Of a stretch of DNA of 64,000 nt, positions 29,191 to 42,604 are shown one piece after another; the stretch's first letter is position 1; each line of letters opens with the position of its first letter. The stretch covers positions 23,752,146 to 23,816,145 of the forward strand of contig CM119266.1 in assembly GCA_051294375.1 (NCBI GenBank). The letters run 5' to 3'. Made by a program: the position numbers and the translations under genes. Below the pieces are notes generated by a model, which saw only the letters and a list, made by a program, of their open reading frames with translations, was not told where the DNA came from and did no database searches. Origin of the DNA: Paraspadella gotoi. Lineage: Eukaryota; Animalia; Chaetognatha.

Positions 29191-30120
29191 AAAAACTAAT
29201 GAAAAAAGTAAAAAACAAAAAAACACATGTGCCAAAAAAATGAAAGAAGATGCAAGACTGTTTCTCTACTTCAGTCGTTGCTCCAAAAATTCGATTTTCA
29301 TCAACAGAGAAAAAAAATGAGGTCCGCACCATAAACTTCACAGCCAATTTGAGAAATGATCCTATCGTTAAGTCGAATGAACAAAACGACCTCCTTCCCG
29401 CCAATAACGAATCCCCAAAATTGAAAAAAACTGAAAAAAAAAAGTTAAATGAAACAAAAACAAAAGTTTAAATTTAAAAAAAAAGTGTGGATCGTAAACT
29501 TTCATCGCTAACAGATACGAGGCGACCCTCCCACGGACAGGGATCGATCGCGGGGGCGGTCCATTTCGAACGCTGCCTCGGTTTTCCAAGGAGCGGATTA
29601 TTGTGAGAGGATGGGGGGGAGTTAGGTCTGGTGAGGAGGTGAGTTCGAGGCGGAAGAGGTAGGGAAGAGTAAAGAAGAATGGCAAGGAAAGAGCCGATGA
29701 GATTAAACATTGAAACAAGTTTCGTTATTTTTAGTTTTCTTTTAATAATCGAATACAGGCGAACAGACAGAACGAGACAGCGACCGATTGACAAAACAAC
29801 CGACGAGAAACAAATTAGACAATAGAAATCGAGGGTTAAAAAGCTCTGTGGTTCTTAATTATCTAAAGGAACAGAGATTAAACTTAATCTGGACGCGACG
29901 GCTGACAGAAAAAAGAGAATATTGCGTTGGGTTTGTTTTTTTCCAAAATCCCTTGACGGATGATTTGAAATTAGAAAGACGATCCCGAAGAGCGTCGTCG
30001 GTGGTCTCGAAGACCGACGAAAAAAAGAAGAGGTTGTTAAAGTCGAACACTCTGTAGTTTATCGCGCCGGTCAACTCGTTCGCATTGTAACCACGAGAGA
30101 GAGAGAGAGAGAGAGACGAG

Positions 30121-30190
<70 letters not shown>

Positions 30191-30911
30191 TGCTGAATTC
30201 ATAACTATTTTCCCCCCAAGTACATTACGAACGACGCGAAACTCTCTCGAGGACGTTTAAGGTTCAAGGTCGATTATAGACAAATTTGTTTACATCTCGC
30301 TGCCGACAAAAAAAAAATCGAATTATTTTAGAGCTTTTTCGACACAGTTTGTATGAAAAGTTACAAACGTGAATTCTCTAATACTTTAAAATATCAGTTT
30401 TACTTCTTTTATTAGTTTTTTAACTTGAATGAATAGATTATTTCTCTCTTACAGTTCGGGGGGAAAAATATTTAAAAAGAACGAAAGTAAACGTTAACTT
30501 CTCAGTAGTAAATATTCAGTCTTCGCAATTTGTTTTATAAATAATAACAATCTCCGAATTCGTAGCCTTTATAAAAACAAAACCTCCCAAAGAGCGAAAG
30601 CATCGCGCGGCCTCCATAAAGATCCGCTCCCGACGAAACACCAACAAAGAGAATATGGGGAGAGAGAGGCTCATTAAACCTCATGAGTGAAGTTTATGCG
30701 ACCAGAGCGAGAGAGAGAGCGAGAGAGATGGAGAGAGCAAGAGAGAGAGAGAGAGAGAGGGTCCGACCCATTGACGCTATCCCTGTCCCCCGGCGAGTTT
30801 ATGTATTTTTCACTCCCTCGCCATTGCCTTTCTGCCAATTCTTTTTTTTTTTTAAACTTCCCCCTCTCTCTATTCACCCCCTTAAAAAAAATTTAAAAAA
30901 GTTTGAATCAC

Positions 30912-31890
30912 CTGCGAGGCTCATCCAAGGATAAAAAGGGGTGGGCGGACCCTGGGACTGTTGGTGGCCGTTGTAGTTGCACTGGGAGGAGATGTTGTGC
31001 ACGGGGCTGTGCCCGTTGGGATCCTGTTGTTGGGACACTGGGTGCCCCTGTTGGAAACCGTCGTGAGAAAGGCCGACGGCCCCGAGACCCTGGTTTTGAT
31101 GAGATGAGTACGAGTTGCCCAGCACGGGGCTGTGTTGCCCGCCGTGGGGCGGCGTTTGATTCGGGTGGGGCGACCACCGATTCGGGTGTCCTTGCACCGT
31201 TGGTTGCTGCTGCTGTTGCTGCTGCTGCTGGTGGTGAGAGTACGGGTGTCCGGCCGCCTGACCTATGTGACCGGGGATGGCGCCTCCGTAAGTGTCTCCG
31301 CATAGCGTCATTTTCCCGTAGTCGTTTTCGTTGGGCGTTCCAGGCGCGCCGGTGGCGCCGGGAGGTTGGTACGCGGAATAGTCGGCGCCGTGGGCCGCGG
31401 CGCCGCCCATGGAACCGACGCTCGGACAGCGCGGGGAAGAGGCGACGGCGGCGGCCGAGGCGGACAACGCCGCGCCGTGGCAAGAGTACGAGGACGGCGC
31501 CGAGTTTTGGTTCATCGCCGGGTGATGTTGTGGTTGCTGCTGTTGTTGTTGTGGATGGTGCTGCTGAGGTCCGGCGTTCCCCCAACCGTTCGTCGTCGGG
31601 TACTTGTGACCGGCGCCGCCGCCAGCCCCGCCGCCGCCGCCGTTGACCACGTCGGCGGGCAGGCCGGGCGTGTGGGATTGATGTGGAGGCGTCGACTGTT
31701 GTGGGTGCTGTTGCTGGGAGGAGAGGGGCTGATTTTGATGGAGGGGCTGAGAGTGGGGCGTGGGTTGAGGATAGCCGCATGGACCGTAGGCGTTGGAGCT
31801 GTGGTGGTTCAGCGAGGTGGGGTAGCCGTTGTCCAGGACGGGAGTGTCGCCACCCCGCGACAGGATCGTCTCCACGTTGTAAGTAGTCAT
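30912..31890 (-). CDS. Central Hox gene (Ubx/Lox2/abd-A-like), exon 1: N-terminus with hexapeptide
   Basis: ORF MTTYNVETIL..., rich in Q/H/G/P/A, ending PPTPFYPWMSLAG at the donor GCAG|GTGATT (phase 1). Splicing to 17746 gives [21 protein letters not shown], 432 aa in total. Confidence 0.93.
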
Positions 31891-32294
31891 TTTATCAACA
31901 CTCCCTAGTAATATTTGATGAGAACCGAGTTAACTTTTTCAGAGACACTTTCAATAATATTCGTTTTTTGTAAATTTTATTAAAAGAATATTTAAGAAAA
32001 TTCGCAGTTTGTTTTTCTTTCGTTATCGAGGTATTATTTTTGTTTTTCCCGCCATGAGTCAAAAAAAAGAGAGAGAGAGCGTTAGGAGAAAAGTTTTTTT
32101 TTTAAGTCGTCGTTTTTCCAGTTTGTTTTATTTTATTTCTCAAGTTTCTTCTTTATTTTTTCCTTCTGTTTTTATCGATAAGATTTCGATCGGTAAAAAA
32201 AAAGAAGTCATTCGGCGGACGACGTCTTTTTCTTCTTCTTCCTCGTCTTCGTTCTCCGCTTGATTTGCGACTTTCACGGGGAAAGCAATGCACT

Positions 32295-32372
32295 GCTCAT
32301 TGGGAGACATATACGTTTAATTAAACAATCAAACTGTCACATTCGTCGTGAAAAATTCGCGGACCAATCAGC
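32295..32372 (-). promoter_or_regulatory. Candidate Hox proximal promoter or autoregulatory element
   Basis: About 400-480 bp upstream of the Hox ATG: two CCAAT boxes (32299-32303, 32364-32368) flank minus-strand TGACAG-TT-TGATTG-T-TTAATTAA (Meis/Hth, Pbx/Exd and homeodomain-type sites). Motif evidence only. Confidence 0.4.
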
Positions 32373-32626
32373 GACGGGCTGTGGGACGCGTCTCCGGTCG
32401 CGTCTCTCGTTGCGTGGACCCCGTTCCTCTCTCTCTCGGCCATTGCGTGCTACGAGGACGAGGGGGAAGAGGGAAGAGGGGGAAAGAGGAGGAGGAAGAG
32501 GAGGAGGACGAGGAAGAGAGGAAGGATAGTCGTCTGTGTTACACGAGGGCCCCTCTCGTCAGCAGCGTCAGGATAGGGACGAGAGGAAGAAGAAGAAATA
32601 TATCGAGCCGTTTTTTTTCCAAAAAC

Positions 32627-32756
<130 letters not shown>

Positions 32757-32819
32757 TATTCCTCCGCCGATTCTTCTCATGCAATCTTTGAAAGGAAGGA
32801 AACGGCGTTCTCCGCAGCC

Positions 32820-33260
32820 GTTGCTGCAGTCGCCGTTGCTGAAAAGATTGTTTGGGATTCGCTTCTGCGGCTGGAGCTGTGCTTCCTTTGGCGATAACGG
32901 CTGCAGGAGTGAGAAAGAGAGAAATAGAAAGCGAGAAAAGTGGTGAGAAAGGAAAGTAAGAGATGGAAAGGGAAGCAGGAAAGAAAAGGAAAGTGAAAAT
33001 AGAGAAAGAGAGAAAAAGAGAGAGAAAGAGAANNNNNNNNNNNNNNNNNNNNNNNNNTTTGCTGCAGTCGCCGTTGCTGAAAAGATTGTTTGGGATTCGC
33101 TTCTGCGGCTGGAGCTGGGCTTCCTTTGGCGATAACGGCTGCAGGAGTGAGAAAGAGAGAAATAGAAAGCGAGAAAAGTGGTGAAAAGGAAAGTAAGAGA
33201 TGGAAAGGGAAGCAGGAAAGAAAAGAAAGTGAAAATAGAGAAAGAGAGAAAAAGAGAGAG
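32820..33260. repeat. Short direct repeat (about 200 bp) on either side of the 25-N gap at 33033-33057
   Basis: ttgctgcagtcgccgttgctgaaaag..gagagaaaaagagag occurs at about 32821-33030 and again at about 33059-33260. Confidence 0.85.
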
Positions 33261-33267
33261 AGAGAGA

Positions 33268-33338
<71 letters not shown>

Positions 33339-33641
33339 TGAGCTGAAAGATCCGCGCGCGGAGGAGGCGCTGCAGCGATATATACGATGATATTAAGATG
33401 ATGGTTATTATCGGGCAGGATGGGGCAGTAAAACGATGATGGTTGTTGATGTCAATTTGCTGATATTTCATTCGGGTATAAAAAGGAGGAAGTGAAAAAC
33501 GACGACGACGCAGACGAGATAAAACGAGAGAGAGACGGAGTGTGAAGAAAGAAAAAAAAAAAGGAGAAGGGGAAAAAAGAAACAGGCGCAGCAAATCTTC
33601 CGTTTCCCTCTCTCTCTCTCTCTCTCTCTCTCTCCTTCTCT

Positions 33642-33683
<42 letters not shown>

Positions 33684-34790
33684 TCTCTTCCGCGCCGCGC
33701 CGCTCGCGCTCTTTAAGGAGAGCGGTGACGTAATAATGGTCAAATAAATAAGCGGAAATGACGCCAAGTTCTTCGAAGCTGATCTTAAGGACATTTGCTT
33801 GGACAAGCGGAGCGACAACTTCTTTCCCCAGTCCGCTGATTGACGACCAGAGAAAGAAAACACTCCGCTTTTTTTTTCGCTTCTCACACTTGTCGATGAG
33901 AGAGAGAGAAAGAAAAAAAAAAGAGAAACGATTAAAGAAAGAAATAAAAGAATGGAAAAAAAATGAAAGGGTAAGAAAAAAGGAAAGAAGGTAAGAAAAG
34001 AAGAAAAGGTCATTTTTACAAACTTTTAACAACTCGATTGCTAATAAATTTGTTTATTTGTTTACAAACGACAGGTTTTTATTCCCCCCCAAAAACGGAA
34101 ATGTTTCGACTCTAGTTTTTTGAGTCTTCATCAGAGCATGATAAAAACCAGTTGTTTGTAAACCAAAAAAAAACTTTGTTTTCTCTCTTTGTAAAAACTC
34201 AACGAAAAGAAAGTCTTAACAAAATAAATAGATGAAAGTCAAGTTTTAATATCAAGTTTTTCAAATCATACTTAAAATTCCGAGGAGCTGTGAGTCAAAT
34301 TTCTTAGTAAAAAATTTAAAAAAAAGACTTTTTCAAAAAGTCGGCTTCGTGTCCACCATGATTATCAATTCCGAGGTTCGTTGGCCCCGAGTCTTTTTTT
34401 TATTTTCGATGGCACCGATCGCAGCGACGTCGAGCGAGAAAACGAATAAGCTTGGTCAAACTAATAGAAACAAAAGTGAAAACCTAAGTTGAGGTCGAAT
34501 TTGGCAGCGAACAATTTCGATTTATTGATCGTTTACATTTATAGATTTCACAAGCAAATGCACTCTTTAAATGTGACGAACAGATTTTTGTTATAAAATA
34601 AAAGTAGAATCAATGGTAAAAAAGACGTAATCAGTAATTGTAGTTAAAAAGAAAATTACCATGTTAACGCACGATTTTGTAGTAAACTGCTCGGGTCGCG
34701 TTTTAAGGAGACGATTCGAAAACGAGAAAATAGACAATCGTTTTTTCCTTCTTTCGCTCTATCTCTGTCTTTCTATCTTTCCTTCCTTTC

Positions 34791-34930
<140 letters not shown>

Positions 34931-36160
34931 CTATGAGAGATTGCGATATTCTTCATATACGTGCGTATAGCTCTGGCAAGAGAACCAACCCACGAGCTCG
35001 CCATCCATCGTCTTTGCCCGTAGAAGGATGAGGACGGGGAGGAGGAGGATGACATCCGTGGATTTCAATAAGGAACGAGAAGAGCGGTCTCGCGCGGACG
35101 AGCGTCAGGTTTTTTCTCTTTTCTACGATCCGATTTATTGGGAAGATTCATCATTTCCAACGGCCTCGAGCGTCCGCCGCTCCAGCCACCTCAGCTGCAG
35201 CGGCCCCTGCGGGCTCCTCCTCCTCCTCCTCATCCTTCTCTTCTGTTTGACGTGGCAGCGGTCGCAGCCGTGACGGGAAACGCGGCTGCAGCTGCCCATC
35301 GATCTCGACTCTCGAGGTGTCGCCCTTGTTCCCCTTTTTGTCGCTGCGTGCGACACGAATCCCTTTCTCTCCCCTCGGAACCCACTCAGCGTCTCGCTCT
35401 CCTTATTTCCCGCCCCAAACCAACGCGTGCATGCGCGAAGCTCACCTGCGTGCGAGAGGGTTCAAACAAGGTCTGCATGCGGAGAGTTTCTCTCTCTCTC
35501 TCTCTCTCTTGCTCTCTTCTCTTTCTTGATTGACGACGCATCTACTTATTAATAAGAATGCCGTGAAAAATTCAAATCTTTAATAAGTTTTGAATAATAA
35601 TAAGAAGATAATAAATTAAGCGCGAATTATTAAGATGTACAACGGAACATCAATCTGTTTGATTTTAGGTTTTCCTTACATCACTCTCCTTTTATAATTC
35701 TCACATTCCCGGGATGAATATTTCCAAAAATTTCCCTTTTCCTCCTTTTCCTCCCCAGCTTATTTCTCTCTCTTCTCCGACGCCTTTTCCCCTTCACAAA
35801 CTCCCTTTAAAAAAGGGGGATGGAAGGAAGGCACCAAAGGCTCTCATAAACTTCTTGGTCGTCGTCGTTATCGTCGTCGTCGTCGTCATCCGGCAGCCAA
35901 AAGCCTTCAGAAGAAGACCCTCATCATCATCGTCGACGGATTTTACGACGCCGCAGCCGACGACGACGACGACGATGGCGACGACGTCTTTACGACGCCG
36001 TTTTACGACGCCAAATCCGTTAAACGCTTGTAAAAACCACGGAAGCGGCGCCGCCCGCCCTTGCGGCGACGCCACCGCCTCCGGGTCAGGTGGGCGGGGA
36101 ACCGCGGGTCGATGAAGATGTAACCATTCAATTCGTTTAAAGAGGTATGGGAAAAGTTAG

Positions 36161-36258
<98 letters not shown>

Positions 36259-39200
36259 AAGAGAGAGAAACAATAATGAGTTTTTTTCTTAACAGTTAAC
36301 CGTTTTTTTCCTATTTTTCTTTTCTTTTCTACTCCACCCTTTTTTTTCGGTTTTTAATTTTAACGTTCGCTTCTCGTCGCGCCCCTTTCTTTCTTTCGCG
36401 CTTCAACGTTGCCTTTTGTTTATGTTTTTTTCCGCCGCTCGGATTTAACGACTTCTCCCTTTTTTCTTTGTTTTTTCCTTTTTTTTTTAGGATTTCGAGA
36501 TTTCTTAGTTTTGTATAATTCTTAATTAAAATCTCGTTTTTGAGAAAAGCCTACATCTGAATTTAATGGTAATAAAATTTATGAAATGATATTGTAGTCT
36601 TAAAACGTCATATTGCTTTCCATTTCCTCCGCCTTTTCCCATGAAGGCTTTTACCATTTCACGTCGGCCGTTCTTGAAAAAAAGAAAAAGAAAGGAGTGA
36701 GATCATAAAACTGTCACGGGACGTCACGCCGTCAGGAGCTCGGAACAAACTTGGCAGCGACAGAGAGACATTCCCTTTTGTAGGTATATAGTATAAAAAA
36801 ATTGACATTTTCTCTTGAGCTCTGAATCTTCCACAAAACTTTCCTTTCCCCTCAACTTTTTTTAGAATCTATTGTAACTAACATGTCAAGGGCATACTGC
36901 ATTATCCCAGATTTAAAAAAAAAGTATCTTTGATCCCGAATAACCGTAAATTGCTTTAATTTTTGTCAGATTTTCTCTTTTCTTTTTAAGGAAAAAGACA
37001 AGAATTGAAATGAAAAGCGTCATTCATTGCCATAATTTAAACCTTTGATTCTGTCACTTCTTTTCTTTTATTTTTTCCTTTCGCGGAAAAATTGTTTTTT
37101 TCCTTTCCGATTTAGCCTCAAGATCCTACGCTACTTTTTGTGTCACGATGATGCCTCTCATGACACGTATTTGGAAATATTATTCTTTTAAGTTACATAT
37201 ATTTCTGGTCACTGACGGTGAAAAGCGAAGACCAGTGGACTTTTTAAATATTCATAAATTTTTAAGGGTATTTACCGTAAGGATAAGAAAGAAATTAACA
37301 GAAAAAAAAAACAACGAAAAAACAAAGACAAAAACGACGCATAATGAAAATATGTTTTAATTAAAGTAAGAAAAAAAGGCTGAGGCAATTGAAGAAGAGG
37401 TGAAATGGGCACCAAAGAGTGAGAGAGAGAGAGAGAGAAGAGTCAAATATGGAAAGAAGGTATTGCAAACAAGGACAAGTCACCTAAGAGACGGGGGAGA
37501 GAGTACTAAAGAAAAAATGAGAGAATGGGAGAATGGGAGAACAGGGGATTTTAGAAATGAGAAGAGTCGGAGGAGAAATATGGGACGAGAGAAGGGAGTG
37601 GAGAAAGGAAGGAGAGAGAGCGAGACGAGATGCGACGGAGGCAATCGACACAGGACGCATTCTATCGCGATGGTCAATTAACCCTAATGTCGCCCTCAAC
37701 CCTAATTTGCATTTAGACGACGTTCCCCCCCTTCTTTCCCCGTCGGTCCTTACCCCTCTCCCCTTCCACAATGATCTTTCGGGACATTTCTGAAGATGCG
37801 TTGGAGGCGTTCCGAGTCGTTTCAGACCCCGAACCCTCCCATCCGTCCCCCCCTTTTTTTTCTTCGAGGGTCTTGAGAGGCGTTAAGCGCTATTTCGGAC
37901 GCTTCGCCCTTTTTTTTTCTTTTTTTTTGAGACGTCACCAACTGAATGTTGGCGATTTTAACTGGTTTTAATTCTGCATTTAAAATTATAAAATTATTTA
38001 TATTTTCTACTATCATTAATTTCTGTACGTGTAAAATTTAGTTTTTTTCGGTTGTTATAAAACATATCATTACAATAAAACTCGCTTATTTTTTTTAACC
38101 ATGTCTTTTTCTTTGTGCTATGTTGAACAAAAGTAAATTATCAGAATATTCTCGAAAAAATAAACACTCTTTCTCTCTCTCTTCCTCCCTCTTTCTTTCC
38201 TTTCAATTATGTCAAAAGAATCGTAATTATTTTCATGATATATCTATGTAAATCATTTTATTTCTTTTTAAACGTAGTTGTTGACTTTTGCAACAAATTT
38301 GTGTCTAATTGTTTTTCGTTTAAATTTTGTTCTTCACCGAAGCAAATTTATTTACACTCACTTTTTGTTTCTTGATCCAATGGGGATGGAGTTTTACGTA
38401 GCGACCTTCAAAGAGAAAAGGCTTTGTCATGTTTCACCGTTGATAACTAAAAAAAAGTATATTAAAAAATTTAAAAGATAAAATTATTTCTTACTGCGCT
38501 TATTAAGTTGAATTAAGCTGAATTAAGCTGAATTAAGCTGAATACCTATTAGTTATGCGTTAACTTACTTTAACAAACGGAAAAGGTACTTAAATAATCA
38601 CACTTCCGTAAAGATTTCGATCTAGCTCTCTTTTAAACTGACTGTGTGGAGAGGAAAAAAAAACGCTGAATAAGAAAACATTCGTCATCGTCGTGAAGGG
38701 AGGAGGGGATCGGAGGGGTATCATAGCCTCAAAGGGAGGAGGGAGTACGATGCTGGTAGACAAACTCTTTTTCCCCTTTTAGTCTCAACTCGTTTCCGGT
38801 TTTCTATATCGGCCCCGCGGAAAAGTGGGAACTTTACGGCCTCAACCGGTTGGCACTGCTGTGGCACCGGGGTGGAAACCCTTGGACGACCTTTTGGTGG
38901 ACTCGCCGCCTGACCCTTGGCACCTTTCGGACGAAGAGAGTCGAAAGAAGTGGGGGAGAAGGGGAGGACTGCCTAAAGTGGTCGCGGTTCGACCTTTTTT
39001 CAACGGTTTTTTTTTTTTTTTTATAGTAGGTTAACTTACGAGAAGAAAAATTCTATAGAGTAATCCCGTCGAAAATACTTTAGGCAATTTTGCTATATGA
39101 GAGCTAAACGCAGAAAACCCTGACCAAAAGGAATCATTTCCAAAATGAATGAAGAGGTCGGCACTGAGGCTTCCAGAATCTCTGACTCAAAGACAATGAG

Positions 39201-39487
39201 GTGACATATGAACATCGCTATGCTGGTATGAAATCCCGAAAACCTATAAGATTATAAAATACCAACGAAAACATCCTTCTATTTTTCTTAACGAAATTTT
39301 TTCTTTTCAGACATACGTAATAACATTAAAAAGTGTAATAAGTGTAATAAAAATTTTCAATCCTTGATTTATCAAATATAGTCAGTTCAAAAATTAACTA
39401 GTAAATTTTCTTTTACGGCATTTGACGTATCTTATCACACAATCTCTGAAAACTCAGGCTTCGAAAATATTTCTTTACGAACTCCGG

Positions 39488-39507
39488 CCAATGTTTAGTC
39501 ACGTGAC
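39488..39507 (+). promoter_or_regulatory. Candidate promoter of the 875-aa gene: CCAAT plus palindromic E-box GTCACGTGAC
   Basis: CCAAT at about 39488 and a perfect 10-bp GTCACGTGAC at 39498-39507, at the start of a GC-richer island about 470 bp upstream of the ATG. Confidence 0.35.
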
Positions 39508-39976
39508 ACTGGGCTTCACGACTGTTCGCAGCTGTTCGTAGTTGGACGCGAAAATCTCGTCTCGGTCAAGGGATTCGTTCTCCTGGCTTCTTTTTTTTTC
39601 AGTGTGAAGCGATCTGTTGAGGCCCTCGGGTTCAAGTTTGGATTTTCTCCGCCGTCTTCGCGCCCTTTTTTCGGTTTCGGTTCTCAAGAATAAGTTTCAC
39701 AGAAAAATTCAAGAAAAATTCAAGAAAAATTTTTTAACAAGATCGGACCATAAAATATTTCTGAAAATGTAATAAGATGTTTTTTAAAATGGAGATACTG
39801 AAATATTATATCAATTTTAAATCTCTAATCACTATTCTCTAATCACTTCTTACAAATTTTTATCAGACAACGTCAAAACTGGAACGATATTTAAAAATCG
39901 CGAATTTACAAAGCGTTAAAGATTCAACTGGGCCGGACTTCGCTCGAATGTGACAATTTTCTCTAAAAAAACGAAA

Positions 39977-42604
39977 ATGATTAAAGCAGCGATAAAAAAG
40001 GAGAAAATTGAATCTTCTCAACTTAAAATAAACAGTTTTTTCTCTCGAGGCAAACGGGTCGAGATCAACGAGCAGATGGGCGACGCCAGCGAGAATAATA
40101 ATAATAAGAACAATAAGAACAACAACAACAACGAAAACATAGACGGCGACGGATCTCAAGGATCTTCGGAACCTGCCGTCGAAAGTCCTCAAACCCCTCG
40201 CTCCGAGATTGCCGCAGAATCTTCCGACGCGAGCGACGAAACTCCTCGTCCGTCCGAATCGTCGCCCGTGCCGACGGCAGACTCGGAAGCGGAGCGTATT
40301 CGACAGGGCGCGCTCAATCAGCTGGCGCGACTCGAGGGCATCACCGTCGAGCAGTTGCTGGCAAAGCTGCAAAAGAAAAGGAGTGTGGCGAAGGCGTCGA
40401 CGGGGATGTCGAAGGTCGCGGGGACGAAGGAGAGAGAGACGACGGAGGAGGAGGCTGCCAAAGGTGGATCTCGAGTTCCAAGAAAAGCAGCCGCTCTCAC
40501 AGCAGCCGCCGCTGCCAAGCCGCCCGTCGACTCCTCTGCGCCACCTCGAAAAGCTGCAAAGACGTGCAGTGATCACGTGACTTCTTCCAGACTCCCGTCG
40601 AATTCACCGTCGGAGTTCAATGGCGAAGATCAGAGTCAAACCTCCAACGCTAAAACCCTAACTGTAAAAGATCTGCCCGTCAAGCAAGCAAAGAAAGCGT
40701 CTTCCTCCCTAGCACCGGCTTCCATCAAAAGAGAATCGAATTCAAATATCATCCGGAAGAAACCGAGAACGAATCCCACCAAGACAACTGCAAAGGCGAC
40801 TTTAAAAGATACGATGAAGACTACTAAGGCGAAGCTACCGACGACAACGATGCGGAAGCCTAAAGGAAGCGAGACCCTGGCAGCGATTGTCAAGAAGGAA
40901 AGAATGAGAGACTTTGTGAACGAAGAAGATGACGAAAACGACGACGAAAACGACGATATCGACGACGAAATTGACGAGGAAAACGACGACGAAGACGAAA
41001 TAAACGAGCGGCTAAAGAATCTCAAAAGCGAGAAAGTCACTCAGTCCAACGTGACTAAAAAGAAAACGAAAAAGAAGATTCCCGTAATTAAATTCGAGCC
41101 GAGATTCGTGGACGAGGGCGACGACGACATTGAGGAGGTCGTTCCGCAGAAGAGGAAACGGAAGCAGTCGCTGACGCCGGTTTCCAAGGCAACGCTGAAG
41201 AAGATGAAACGCGAGCGGAAATCGATCCAAGCTGACGCAGAGGACGAAGATGCCGCAACCGATGACTACATGGACAGCGAAATCACGCCGAAGGCACGGT
41301 CCCCGAAATCTAAGAAGAACTTGTCGGACGAGGAGCCATTAAAACTCAATCTTCTAGACGACGACTCATCCTCTAAAGCCTCGTCCACGAGAAGAAGCGT
41401 CGCGCTGACGGTGTCCATTTCTCCGGTGGATGACCGAGACTGGCGCATTTTCGGAAGCGGGTCGCCGAGAACAACTTCGGGTGCTGCAAAGAGGAAAGGG
41501 GACGATTCCAACGCCTCGTCGACTCCAAAGAGGCGGATGTCAGTTTCGTCTCAAACTATGACCCATTCCGAGAAGAAGACGAAGATGACAACGAAAACGA
41601 CGACGACCCCAAAGACAAAGAGGCCCAAGGGGAGAACGTCTCTTCCAACGAAACTCTCATCTCCGACCTTGATACCTCAGCGACGCGTCTCTTTCGCCCA
41701 ACAACGATACGATCAAACAAAGGACTGTCAAAATGACCATAACTCTATCGCCCCTCGGTCTCCGTGGGGCGCGGACGTGAAGAACAAGATGCTGCAGCTC
41801 AAAACAACGTCGACCAAATCCGCCGGCGTCCGAGGATCTCGAGGCTTCAACGATTCCACGACGCGCTGGTGGAAGAGCTACATCTTGAAGGACATCAAAT
41901 TGTACCGGTTGCCCTTTGTCAAGATTCGGAGATGCGAAGCCAAGGTCGTCGTTGAAAGTGGGCGTGGTCGATTGTCGGAAGATGAGCATGACCCGAGATC
42001 TTCCTTTGAGATGCCATCTACGAAGTTAACCGCGGCGTCGAAAAAGTCTACAAAGGCGCCCAGAAAATCGTCGCCAAAAACGACGCCGAATTCGACGAAA
42101 ACTCTGACACAGACGACGACGACGACGAAGAAAACAAAAGAACCTAGAAGTAAAATCAATTCGGCATCACTACCAAACACTTCGACGCGTCCTCGAAGAA
42201 ATGATGATGATGACTCGCCCTCCAATCGCCTTTCCGGTTCCGAGAGAATTCAATCGACTACAACAGCTCCGTTACGAGATACCGAATCAATTGCTGCTCC
42301 CGCTGCGGAACCTGCTGCCGCACCTGCTGCCGCACCTGCTGCCGCACCTGCTGCCGCAACTTCTCCGCGTCCTCCCGCACCTTCTCCCTCGCCTCCTCCA
42401 GCGTCACCACCCGAAAGCAGCGAAGACGACGACGACGACGACGACGAGCTCGAGCTTCTCCGCGTCGTTTTGTCCAAAGATCGACTCAAGGTTAAATGTC
42501 AAGTCTGCGACGAGACGCTCAAGCGATGCCGGGACTTTAACGCGGACGACGTTCTCTCTGGCGTCACGGCCCACGTCATGGAACACGCGCGGACGCTGGG
42601 GTAG
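39977..42604 (+). CDS. Intronless 875-aa Lys/Ser/Thr-rich disordered nuclear protein with an N-terminal PIP box and a C-terminal C2H2-like zinc finger
   Basis: 2.6-kb uninterrupted GC-rich ORF, first ATG at 39977. Motifs: QLKINSFF (40019-40042), an acidic DDE tract, NLS-like KRKRK, RRVSF (41681-41695), PFVKI (41912-41926) and C-x2-C-x21-H-x3-H (42497-42586). Confidence 0.85.
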   Translation: MIKAAIKKEKIESSQLKINSFFSRGKRVEINEQMGDASENNNNKNNKNNNNNENIDGDGSQGSSEPAVESPQTPRSEIAAESSDASDETPRPSESSPVPTADSEAERIRQGALNQLARLEGITVEQLLAKLQKKRSVAKASTGMSKVAGTKERETTEEEAAKGGSRVPRKAAALTAAAAAKPPVDSSAPPRKAAKTCSDHVTSSRLPSNSPSEFNGEDQSQTSNAKTLTVKDLPVKQAKKASSSLAPASIKRESNSNIIRKKPRTNPTKTTAKATLKDTMKTTKAKLPTTTMRKPKGSETLAAIVKKERMRDFVNEEDDENDDENDDIDDEIDEENDDEDEINERLKNLKSEKVTQSNVTKKKTKKKIPVIKFEPRFVDEGDDDIEEVVPQKRKRKQSLTPVSKATLKKMKRERKSIQADAEDEDAATDDYMDSEITPKARSPKSKKNLSDEEPLKLNLLDDDSSSKASSTRRSVALTVSISPVDDRDWRIFGSGSPRTTSGAAKRKGDDSNASSTPKRRMSVSSQTMTHSEKKTKMTTKTTTTPKTKRPKGRTSLPTKLSSPTLIPQRRVSFAQQRYDQTKDCQNDHNSIAPRSPWGADVKNKMLQLKTTSTKSAGVRGSRGFNDSTTRWWKSYILKDIKLYRLPFVKIRRCEAKVVVESGRGRLSEDEHDPRSSFEMPSTKLTAASKKSTKAPRKSSPKTTPNSTKTLTQTTTTTKKTKEPRSKINSASLPNTSTRPRRNDDDDSPSNRLSGSERIQSTTTAPLRDTESIAAPAAEPAAAPAAAPAAAPAAATSPRPPAPSPSPPPASPPESSEDDDDDDDELELLRVVLSKDRLKVKCQVCDETLKRCRDFNADDVLSGVTAHVMEHARTLG

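Noticed and set aside
39863-42586. Antisense and alternate-frame ORFs over the 875-aa gene (likewise over Hox exon 1 and the RRM gene)
   Set aside because: Shadow ORFs of GC-rich coding sequence with no independent motifs.
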